DNA from: Zootoca vivipara
Taxonomy: Eukaryota
NCBI RefSeq assembly: GCF_963506605.1
Contig: NC_083289.1
Span: forward strand, 54,126,001 to 54,190,000
Length of the DNA: 64,000 bases
Direction of reading: 5' to 3'
The notes below the pieces were generated by a model that made no database searches, was not told the origin of the DNA, and saw nothing but the letters and a program-made list of their open reading frames with translations. This document shows positions 20,901 through 31,487 of the stretch, in pieces (position 1 is the first letter of the stretch; every line of letters starts with the position of its first letter). A program made the translations under genes and the position numbers.

Positions 20901-22696
20901 GACTCCACCACACTCCTTGGCAGCACCCTCTTCCTTTGCCCCTGGCCAAATGGCACACGATTGGGACATTCTGAAGCAGAGCTTGGATGGACTCCCGCAT
21001 GGCAGGGGGTTGGACTAGATGACCCCTGGTGTCCCTCCCAACCTTGCCATTCTGTGATTCTATGAGCAGCCCCTTTCCAGATTCCCGCTTCTGTGAGGGG
21101 ATCCTTTGTTCTTTTCCTCTGAGACAGCGCTTTGCGTGTTCAAACCCTGCCCCTTCCATTGGGGCAGAAATACTTGCAGCAGCCCAGCAAGAGGAGCAAA
21201 GGGGCCACTTTCCTCTCACTCCGTGCCAGCCCAGCTGCCAAGGGGAGAGGCCTGGGGGGCGCGATAGAGCTGAGAACCCCAATTTCCAAGTCGCCCCCTA
21301 AAAAACAACACACTTGTCACCCCGCCATTGGGACTCTTGCTTGCCTGCTTCTCTTCTCGCCCCATAACTCCCCTCGCCCCTCTGGGGGCCCCGCTTTCCG
21401 CTGCCCGAGGTGGGCCCCAGCAGCCTCTCGCCCACAGGACTCAGCTGCAGCTCTACCGGATGCCAGGCAAGGGCTGGGCAGTGCGCACGATGCAGGAGCT
21501 GCCCCGAGGAGCCTTCCTTTGCCAGTAAGTCCCAGAGCGGGGGGGGGGGGAGAGAAGAGAGGGACTGAATCCAGGCAATTCCCCCCCCCCAAAAAAACCT
21601 CATGGCCCTTCTCTCCCCCCCCCAGGTACTTTGGGGAGCTGATTTCCAGCACAGAAGCTGCCCAGCGAGAGGACGCCGCCTACTCCTTTGTGGTGGACAT
21701 GCAGGTGACATCTCCGCCTCCACTTGGGCGGTGGGAGGGATTGTGCCCCCTTCCTGGGCGGGGGGCGGTGGCACTGGAGCTCAGCGTTGCCCACCTCTCC
21801 CCGCAGGCGGGCCCTGGGTGCTGCCTGGACGGGCGCTTCTACGGCAGCGTGGGCCGCTTCCTGAACCATTCGTGCCAGCCCAACCTGGTGGCTCTGCCGG
21901 TGGTCGTTGGGCATGAGATCCCCGGCATCGCTTTCTTCAGCGCCCGGGCCATCCAGGCGGGCGAAGAGCTGGTGTAGGTGGTGCTGCCGCCGGAGAGAAA
22001 GGGGGGCTTGCCGTGGGTTGAAGGGGCCCCCGCCACCTCCATGCCTGCCCCCTGGACTTACAACCAGCCAGGAGGGGGGCTTCTCGGACTTCGGTCTCAG
22101 GTTTGCCCTTGGAAGACTCAGCCGGGAGGAGGCGCTGCTTGGAGCCAAGCCACTTGGCTCCGCCCGTCATCGGCTCTGGCGCCACCTGCTGGTGGCCTCC
22201 CGGGGGGGGGCTTCAGCCACTCCCGCATGGGCGCCTGGCAACCGCCGGAGACGTGGCTCTCTGCCTGCTCCAGGGCCCTCCCCGCCCTTGAACAGAGCAG
22301 CACTTTGGCTGCAGCAGCTGGGGTGGCGAGAGCCGGTCCCGTCCCGATGCTTCCTCTGATCCCCTGCCGGAATGGGGGCGGCGGGAGGGGCCCAGTTTGC
22401 CCCCGGCGAGGACCGACGGCGTTTCTGCCCCTCGCAGGTTCGACTACGGCGAGCGCTTCTGGGAGGCGAACGGCCGCCGCTGGGCTTGCCTGTGCAAGTC
22501 GCCCGGCTGCAGATACCGGCCGTCGAGGGAAGGGCCAACGGCAGCCGCCGCCGCCGCCGCCGCGGGAGACCCTGGCCTGGGCACCTCCATGTCTTCCTAC
22601 CCGCTCCGTGGCTTCTCGCGCAAGTCCGCGCGGAGCAGCCCGCTGAAGACGGCCCCGCGCCGCTCCGCGCGGCCTCGACGGCGCCCCCTGCGCTAG
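14990..22696 (+). CDS. Compact EHMT1/EHMT2 (GLP/G9a)-like histone-lysine N-methyltransferase: ankyrin repeats + pre-SET + SET + post-SET, about 508 aa
   Basis: Well-supported exons: 15757-15876, 16019-16123 (DASGRTPLFWATEYRHESLVEFLLARGADPAVRDH), 17079-17233 (EGNLCLHWAVYVGS...GDSPLHLAAQERRYECLV), 18923-19072, 19168-19315 (DISRGFEQVPIPCVNGVD), 19854-19931 (HCECASSCSAPTCPC), 20026-20147 (IYECHMLCSCASSCPNRVVQRGLR), 21438-21524 (LQLYRMPGKGWAVR), 21626-21704 (YFGELIS), 21807-21973 (RFLNHSCQPN...AIQAGEEL), 22438-22696 (FDYGERFW...CLCKSPGCRY...stop). All phases are compatible, with no stop or frameshift. Tentative 5' exons: 14990-15002 (Kozak gaccATGG) and 15402-15445. Confidence 0.9.
16357..16440. 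repeat. (CCTT)n microsatellite
   Basis: Read directly. Confidence 0.95.
17983..18118. mobile_element. Palindromic hAT-type MITE
   Basis: Long inverted termini CAGTGATCCTCAACCTTGGGCCTCCAGATGTTTT / AAAACATCTGGAGGCCCAAGGTTGAGGACCACTG; core shared with the copies at 20446 and 60390. Confidence 0.75.
20446..20582. mobile_element. Palindromic hAT-type MITE
   Basis: Inverted termini CAGGCA..CAAACTTGGCCCT / AGGGCCAAGTTTG..TGCCTG; 8-bp flanks AATAAGCT / AATAGGCT (TSD with one mismatch). Confidence 0.8.
20786..21065. mobile_element. Two CR1 LINE 3' end fragments in opposite orientation
   Basis: ggttggactagatgacc...ttccaacc..attctgtgattctatga is a CR1 3' terminus, and its reverse complement appears at 20786-20930. 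Confidence 0.65.
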
Positions 22697-24260
22697 CCGT
22701 GCGGACCCAGCCCCTGTCTTGATCCCTTCCCAATAAAGAGCCGAAGAGCCAGCCGCCTGTCTCGGGCCTGATTGCTGCGTCGGGGGCCAGGTTTCGCAGG
22801 GAGAAGTGGGCGAGGGAGCGGAGGCTCCTTCGAACGGGAGGCACTTGGAACGAGCTTTCTGCAAAAGCGGCCTCGAAGTGCAAAGAAGGGGCCGCGAAGG
22901 ATGGCGGCGGCGACCCAAGGCGCCACCTCTGCTCCTGTCCGACTCCGCACCGTCCGGCCCACTCGGCGGTCCGGCCAAGAGGAGGGAAGGGACTCGCCCG
23001 CCGGGCTGCTGCTGCTGCTGGCCCCGCACCAGCCCCGCGCAAAACTGAAGGAGCCGGACGGGGCGCTTCCCCGCCGCTGCTGCGGGGCTTCCCAGGGTTG
23101 GCCGCATCCCGCTGCCGCGCTCTGCACGCGCGCAGAGGCACCGGGCGTCAGGTGGAGCTAAGCCTGGCGGTGCAGGCCAGCAGGGGGCAGCCAAGAGTCG
23201 CCCGGCCTCCGGCCCGACGACGGTGCCCCGCCGCAGAAGCGGCCACTTGGCGCCGCCGCCGCCGCCGCCCGCCTGCAGCAGCCCGGGCGCTCCGGGGCCG
23301 CCGCCATGACCATCAGCGCGCTCCGCCCGGGGGGCAGCCCGCGCCTGCAGCTGCCCTGCCTGGCCAAGGTGGGTGGGGGCGGGCGGAGGGCGGTTGCTCG
23401 CGCGCCTGCAACGCCCGAGGGGCACCGGAGGTTGCCTTGGGTCGGGTCGGGGTGGGGGAGGGAGCCCCGGCCGGGTCCCGACTCCCCGCGCTGCCCCTCC
23501 GGGAGGGAGCCCGGAGGTCTGGGTCTACTCTGAGCGGCTGCCGCCCCGCAGATGGAGCGCGTGGTGCTGGGCATGCAGGACCCGGACATGGGCATCAAGC
23601 TGCGCAGTCAGCGCCTCCTGCTCACGGTCATCCCGCACGCCATGACCGGTGAGTGACTGAGTCTCCCCCGAGGGGGCGCCCGCCCCGCCCGCCCGCCGCC
23701 CCTTCGCCTTCCCGGCAGCGGCGCCTCCCGCCCGCCCGCGGGGATCTCGGCGGCGCCGGCGGCGCAAAGCTGCCTCTGGAGATGGATGGATGGACGCGGG
23801 AGGGCCGGTCTGTCTGAGCCCCGCCGTGGCGCCCCTGCCCCAGCAATGACGGGGCCGGTGGGGGCGGGCGGCGGGGGGCTCCCTGCTGACCGGGGGGCTC
23901 CCTCTCCCCGCAGGAAGCGACATCGTGGAGTGGCTCCTGCAGAAATACGGCCTCTCGGAAGAGGGTGAGTCTCTGCCGCCGCGCGCCCCGCGGAGGCGCT
24001 GCTCTAGGGCGCGGCGCTGCTGGGGCGAGGGGCTGCGGGAGGGCGGGTAGGGGGCGGCTGGGCAGGGGGCGCCTCAGTCCCGGGGGTCTGCTCGCCACCC
24101 TCGTCCCTCTCGCAGAGTCCCTGCACCTGGGCAAGCTGATCGTGAAGCACGGCTACATCTACCCGCTGAAGGAGCCCCGCAGCCTCGCCCTGCGCGTCGA
24201 CGAGACGCCCTACCGCTTCCAGGTGGGTCGGCGAGCGAGCATCTCGGGGGAGGGAGGAGG
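22330..24260. promoter_or_regulatory. CpG island covering the last exon of the EHMT-like gene and the RGS11 promoter and first exons
   Basis: Visibly very high GC and CpG density, (GCC)n runs, Kozak gccgccATG at 23306. Boundaries are approximate. Confidence 0.8.
22732..22737 (+). terminator. Polyadenylation signal of the EHMT-like gene
   Basis: AATAAA 36 nt after the TAG stop at 22694-22696, in otherwise GC-rich sequence. Confidence 0.7.
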
Positions 24261-27200
24261 ACGAGGAGGAGGAGGAGGGCGGTCCTCCTCTCAGGCTCCA
24301 GGAAGCCTGGGGGAGCACCATCGCCCTCCAGGAGGGCCTTGGAGCACAGCTGGGTGGGGGGCAGCGCGGCCTCTGCGGGCCAAAGGGGCTTGGCTGGCTC
24401 TTGCCCCCTCCCCCAACTCCCCCGAATCAGGCAGGGCAGGGTTAAGATCTCTAGAGGCCCTAAGCACTTCGAAGATTTGGGTGCCCCCCCAATAGATATC
24501 TAATTCAAGATATAAACTATAATAAACTGCAGAATAGATTTTTGTTTTTCGAAATGAAACAAAACCTACATTCAAATGGAAAATAACATTCATTTTCATA
24601 TACTTTATTTACATGGGGGGGGGATCCCATACTTTTTCTATCTGCAAAGTCCATGGTAAATCCGGCAGCGGGAGATGTCTGTGGTGCCCCCTCTTTCCTT
24701 GATGCCCTTAGCAGGTGCTGGTTTCGGTTCATAGTTAATCCGGCCTCTTTCTCTGGGCTCCACAGACCCCCTATTTTTGGATGAGCACCAAGTGGCCAGC
24801 GACAGACCTGGATTATGGTGAGAGCGAGCTACTTCCCTGGCCCCCCCAGAGTCAAGGGAGTCCCAGGAGCCCTCTGGGCAGCTTGACCCCAGGCAGTGGG
24901 GGAAGCCCCACCCAGGTTCCCTGGCCAACGACAGACCCTCCCCTTTTCAGCCATCTACCTGGCCAAGAAGAACATCCGGAAGCAGGGAGAGCTCATTGAG
25001 CATGAGAAGGTAAAGGGGGGGCATGGTGGGTGGGGGCAGGTGGGGGAGGGGGAGGGGGAAGTGCAGCCCCCCTCTTCATGCTTCCTGGCTCCCCTCCTCT
25101 GGAATGACGGCCTCCCCTGCAGGAAGATTACAACCAGCTCCACAAGAGGATCAACCACACCTGGGACTTTGTGGTGATGCAGGCCAGAGAGCAGCTCCGG
25201 TGAGTTTGTGGGGGGCAGGCGGAGGGGGCAGCCATGTGGGATGCAGGGCTGGGAAGCCAGAGGCCCTGAAACTCCCTCCCTCCCTCCTCTTGACCCCCCC
25301 AGGGCAGCCAAGCAGCGGCGGAAAGGCGACCGGATTGTCATCGAGTGCCAGGAACAGGCCTACTGGCTCGTCAACAGGCCCCCGGTGAGGCGGGGAAGGG
25401 GCTTTGTGCTAACTTGCAGGGGCCCATGGGGGCAGGGGCTTTGGGCTGCTGTCGGCCAGCCATGCCCACCAGCCCCAGCTTTATGGCTGAGCCGGGATTT
25501 GAATTCGCATCCCTCCACTTCCAGTGTAGCTGTCAGAAGGACTCCAGAGGAGACCTGTCGTTGGATTGGACCAAAGGCCCTTCTAGGCCAGGCAGATGCC
25601 TCCTAAGAAGCCCACAAGTGGGGCACGAGCTGAACAGTGTGACCCCCTAGCAACTGGTGTTTAGGGGTAGACTGCCCATGAACAGGGAGGGTCTGTGTGG
25701 CTATTTGGGATGCAGGTGGTGCAGTGGTCTAAATCACTGAGCCTCTGGAGCTTGCCGATTAGAAAGTCGGCGGTTCGAATCTGTGCAACAGTGTGTGCTC
25801 CCATTGCTCTGTCCCAGCTCCTGCCAATGTAGCAGTTTGAAAGCACGCCAGTGCAAGTAGATAAATAGGTACCACTGTGGCAGGAAGGTAAACGGCGTTT
25901 CTGTGCGCTCTGGCTTCTGCCATGGTGTCCTGTTGCGCCAGAAGTGGTTTAGTCCTGCTGACCACATGACCTGGAAAGCTGTCTGTGGACAAATGGCCTG
26001 AAAAGCGAGATGAGCCCCACACCCCATAGTCGCCTTGGGCTGGACTTCACCACCCAGGGGTCCTTGGCCTATATGGTTGTTATTGCTAATAGGCACCACA
26101 TGAGCTTCTTGGCTCCCTTTCCCAGCCATCTTACCTTACTGCCTCCCACGGCCCTGTTCTTCCAGGCAGAATGGCATTGCAGAGAGAGGGGGTGGCTGGC
26201 ATCTCCTGGCCATTGAGCTCCTCCTCCTTCTCCAGCGCTGGCTTCCCTTGCCCAGTCCAGAGCAGAGGAGGCCCTGGAGGCCCCTCCTTGACCCCTCTCG
26301 CTCCAGGAGGCAGGCCAAGGGTTTATCCTGCACCCACAGGACGCCTCCAGGTTGGCGGCAGAGACCGGGCGCAGGGTGGGTCTCCCGCTCTGGGAGGGAA
26401 AAGTAAAATCCAGCCTTTCTCCCCTGCTTGCAGCCTGGCAGCCTGAACGTGATGGAGGAAGGGCCTGAGAGGAGGAACTGCCAGAGCACCCGAGTCCAGC
26501 TGGTGAGCGCAGGGGGAGGGGATGGCAGATCTGGGGGGCAGTGGTGAGAGATGGGCGCACTGCTGGGCCACCCTTGCTCTGGGCTCTGTGCTAGGAGCCT
26601 CTGGCAGGGCTTGCTGGCTCCCAGCAACACTCCCCCCCAGTGCCTGCCTCTTGTTCACCCATGGTGGGGGGCACCCTTTGTGCCAGCCTTACCGCCTGCT
26701 TTTGCTTGGTGGTAGAGCTATGCCTGCCTTTGGCTTCCATGGAAGGGGTTCTCTCTGTTCCCTGCTCCTCCATTGTAGTGGGTGAGTTGCCCGGCCCAGG
26801 GTGGGGCTGCCAACCCCCACCTGTGCCTGGCCCCACTGCGGGATCCCCTTTGGTGAGGTGCCTGTTGGCAGGGCCGGCTCTAGGTAGAGTCCCGGTGGTG
26901 CGGTGCGCCAGGGCGCCAGGCCGGTAGGTGGGGCGCTGCGCGGCAAAGCCACGCGGAAACCATACTGCGCCCTGTGAGGACGGGGGCGCCAGAGCGATCT
27001 CCGCCCCTCAGCGCCAGGGCGCCTGACCTGCTCGAGAGTGCCCTGCCTGTTGCCCTGGCTCCCTTCTCCCCCTCGGCAGACCCCCCCGTGCTTTGCAGCT
27101 TATAATATTAATATAATTATTCATATTTCACCTTTTCCCCTAATGGGACTCAAGGCGGCTTACAGATGCAAATAAAAACTGCTATAAAGCTGGCCGGGGG

Positions 27201-27700
27201 GGGGGTGTGTTGTTAAAAAATAATTGAACATTCATAGAAGTAAAACAGTATACCATATCGGCTTGAATATAAGCTGCACCCAAATATAAGCCACACCTTT
27301 AAAATTCAAGCGGGAAAAAGAAAAAAGACAATACCTGAATATAAGCCGCTCCCTTAAAATTCCGCAGGCACTCACACCCGTTCCCTTTGACCATATGTCT
27401 GTCTCAGCAGCGATTTCACAAAAAAGCCAATTTTTGTATGACCATGAATTTAAGCCGCACTTTAATTTTCACAGTTGGAATTTGGGGGGAAAAGTGTGGC
27501 TTATATTCGGGCCGATATGGTACCAGGAGGGAACCAGCCGGGCTTCCCTAGGCAGGGAGTTCCAAAGTTCCCTGGGAGGAGCCACCACCGAGAAGGCCCT
27601 CCTTGAATCCCCACCAAGAAGGGCTGCGAAGGGGGGAGATGATGACAGAGGGAAGGGCCTCCCCCCTTGTTTGTGTGCTGGGAGGGGGGGCAGAGCTGCA

Positions 27701-27731
<31 letters not shown>

Positions 27732-28492
27732 CATATTGCTCTGTCTGCCTGTGCTCCCCTCCCTACTGACCACTGGGGTCTGCTTTCTTCTCTTCTGTCT
27801 GCCGCTTTGTCCGTCTGTCCGTCCACGTAAGTCACTAACACGGCCATGTAACTAACTCACTGTTTGCCGCTGGGCTGGGGCTGGGGGTGGGCTCAGCTCG
27901 GAGGTGGGTGGGAAGGGTCCCTTAGCCCCATGCAGCCTTTTGAGTGGGTGGGAGGCAGGCCCACCCATCGGGAGAGGTCTGAGCCTGCCGCTTTGCCCTC
28001 TTGCTTCAACTGTGGGCATCTCTGGTTAAAGGGAGCTGGGGGGCAGGGGAGGGAAAGGCCAGTGGGGGGGGGAAGGGAGCAGCAACCCTGGAGTCTGACC
28101 CTCTCTGAGGAAATGAGGGGGGGGCAGCGAGGCAAAGGCAGCCCCTGAGATTTCCTCACCTCTTTCTCTCCCTCTTCCCTTCCCAGGAAAAGAACACAGA
28201 TCATTACAAACGGGAGGTGAGTTTTTTTTTTTTTGGGGGGGAGGGATACAGGAATCACAGAACTGTAGAGTTGGAGGGGACCTCCAGGGTCTTCTAGTCC
28301 CACCCCCGGCAATGCAGGAGTCTCAGCTAAAGCACCCCTGACAGACGGCCATTCAACCTCTGGTTAAAAACCTCCCAGGAAGGAGAGCCCACCACCTTCA
28401 GAATCTCCTTTCTTAGAACTTGAAGCCATTCTTTTGGGTCCTACCCTCCAGAGCAGGAGAAAAACAAACTGGCTTTATCTTCCAGAGGGCAG

Positions 28493-28529
<37 letters not shown>

Positions 28530-29892
28530 AATGATAATTTGGCTGGGTTTCCCCAGCCACTCTGGGCAGCTTCCAGCAAAAAACTTCAAACATTAAAAAC
28601 TTCCCTAAACAGGGCTGCCTTCAGATGTCTTCCAAAAGTTGGATAGTTGTTTATTTCCTTGACATCTGATGGGAGGGTGTTCCACAGGGCGGGCGCCACC
28701 ACCGAGAAGGCCCTCTGCCTGGTTCCCTGTAACGTCGCTTCTCGCAGGGAGGGAACTGCCAGAAGGCCTTTGGATCTGGACCTCAGGGTCATGGGGGTGG
28801 AGACACCATGTTCCAGACTCGGTCTGGGGAACGTGGGAGGGTTGTGTTTCCTTCCTAGTTTGCCCAGTCAGGCCTGCAGCTCCTGGGTGTCAGGGATCAG
28901 GGATGGGGGGAGACCCCCCCTTACCTCTTGAAGGGTTAATATGGGAGGCAGGTGGGCCAAGAGCGACGCAGGTTCGGATCCGGAGGTGCCCTGCCCTATC
29001 CTGCCTCCCTTGAGGCTGTTGCTGAGATGCCTTGGGCCAGCTGGAGTGGGTGGTGGGGGTTGCAGGCAGCTCCTTGACCCCCCCCCCCGCTCTCTTGGAC
29101 ACAGATCCGCTACTGCCGCGCTGCCATGGGCAGGACAAGGGTCAAGTCTTCCGTCTGCCTGGAAGGGTGAGTGGCAGTGCCAGGGCTCCCAGCTGGCATG
29201 GGGCTTCCAAGGGCAGGTGGGGCTCACCTGGGGCTCTGCAGGTGGAACAACAACAGGCCCACTTTCCCCCAGGAGGATGAGGAACCATGAATGAGCAATC
29301 TTTGGGTTCTTTCAGTGAACCAGCTACAAATCCACCTCACAGTTGCCTCATCCAGCCACATTTGGTTCCAGTCCTCAGGCTTACAATCTAAAAGGCAGGT
29401 GGCAATGACCAGGGTCAGATTTAGGTTTGATGAGGCCCTCAGCTCCTGAAGGTAATGGGGCCCTTGGTATGTCCAGCTGTCCTTTGTCAACAACAAATTG
29501 TTGCTGTTTTTTGTGTTGAATATATGCTATAAAGGTAAAGGGGCCCCTCACCATCAGGTCCAGTCGTGTCCGACTGGGGTTGCGGCACTCATCTCGCTCT
29601 ATAGGCCGAGGGAGCCGGCATTTGTCCGCAGACAGCTTCTGGGTCATGTGGCCAGCATGACAAAGCTGCTTCTGGCAAACCAGAGCAGCGCACGGAAACG
29701 CCGTTTACCTTCCCGCCAGAGCGGTCCCTATTTATCTACTTGCACTTTGATGTGCTTTCGAACTGCTAGGTGGGCAGGAGCTGGGACCGAGCAACGGGAG
29801 CTCACCCCGTTGCAGGTATTCGAACCACCGACCTTCTGATCAGCAAGCCCTAGACTCTGTCGTTTAACCCACAGCGCCACCTGGGTCCCTGA

Positions 29893-29946
<54 letters not shown>

Positions 29947-31442
29947 TTATTTATACCCCGCCCATCTGGCCGGGTCCCCCCAGCCACTCTGGGCGGCTTC
30001 CAACAAAACAGAAATTCTAAAATACAGAAATCCATCAAACATTAAAAGCTTCCCTAAACAGGGCTGCCTTGAGATGCCTTCTAATTGTTGTTCTCCTTGA
30101 CCTCTAGTGGGAGGGCATTCCACAGGGTGGGTGCCACTACCGAGAAGGCCCTCTGCCTGGTTCCCTGTAACTTGGCTTCTCGTAATGAGGGAACCGCCAG
30201 AAGGCCCTCGGAGCTGGACCTCAGTGTCCAGGCAGAACGATGGGGGTGGAGACGCTCCTTCAGGTATACCGGACCGAGGCCGTTTAGGGCTTTAAAGGTC
30301 AACACCAACACTTTGAATTGTGCTCGGAAACGCACTGGGAGCCAATGTAGGTCTTTCAGGACCGGTGTTATGTGGTCCCGGCGGCCGCTCCCAGTCACCA
30401 GTCTGGGTGCTATATATGGACCTAATAGATGCTATTTATGGACCTAACAGATGCTATTTATGGACCTAATAGGTATGGACCTCAAGCCATTTGAACATAA
30501 CAGTCCATGCAGATTGTAGGCGCCCTATATATAGAAAGGAGCAAACCAGGGATATTTGAGGGAGCCTACACAACACAAAACACGGTTGCTGTATGTAGGT
30601 TTTACTTTATTTCTTTTTTCATCTTACATTTTGGAAATGTACATCCAGTTTTTTTCCTTTAATTTTTTGGGGGGCTCCCAAGAGTGGGGGGCCCCCTAAG
30701 CTAGAGCTTGTTTAGCTTATACATAAATCTGACACTGACAATGACGGAGGGGCAGGTGGGGGGGGGAAGCCGGGATCTGCCCATTCCTTGATTCCAAGCC
30801 TTACTGGGTGATGTGAGTCGCCTCTTTCATACGTGTTTCTTGTTGGGGGGGATCCTTGCATCTCTCTGCCTGTTACTCCCAGGGTGGGCTTAGCCTCTTT
30901 GCTGTACCTGGCAGCAGAGAAGCACCCCCCCGGGGAATCCCCCCCATGACCCCCCCCACTGGCCTCCTGCTGTCTCTGCAGGTACCTCAAGTTCAACGAG
31001 CAATACGTGCCGCACGACCCCATCATGTCCGGATGCCTCCCCAGTAATCCCTGGATCACAGACGACACCACCTACTGGGCCATGAACGCCCCCACGTAAG
31101 TGCACCCTCCCAATTGGGGGAGGAGCCCCAGAGGCCCCCCCGCCCCCCCTCCTGCATCTGTGCTGGGAAGGTGACCAGGAGGGCCATGGTCCAGACAGGG
31201 CTCCCCTTGCCTGCCTTCCTCTCTCTTTGGGGAAAGGCCCCTTGGCTTTCAGGGGTCCCTCTGGGCTTGCATTACACCCTGACCTCTCTCTCCCCCCCCC
31301 CCCGCTTGCCTGCAGGGTGACGGCCCCCACCAAGCTGCGAGTGGAGCGCTGGAGCTTTGGCTTCAGTGAGCTGATCGGGGACACCCTGGGCCGGGTGCAG
31401 CTCCTGGAGTTCCTCAAGAAGGAGTTCAGCGGTAGGTCCAGC

Positions 31443-31487
<45 letters not shown>

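Noticed and set aside
14990-22696. Assigning the symbol EHMT1 or EHMT2, or calling it a retrocopy
   Set aside because: Too diverged and too short, wrong syntenic context, and it retains introns; orthology needs a phylogeny.
22118-23425. 435-aa and 324-aa minus-strand ORFs
   Set aside because: Arg/Pro/Ala/Gly-rich products of a stop-poor CpG island, antisense to real exons, with no recognisable domain.
30414-30481. Short 22-nt tandem repeat resembling a CRISPR-like array
   Set aside because: Eukaryotic context with no unique spacers; a simple local tandem duplication beside a LINE fragment.
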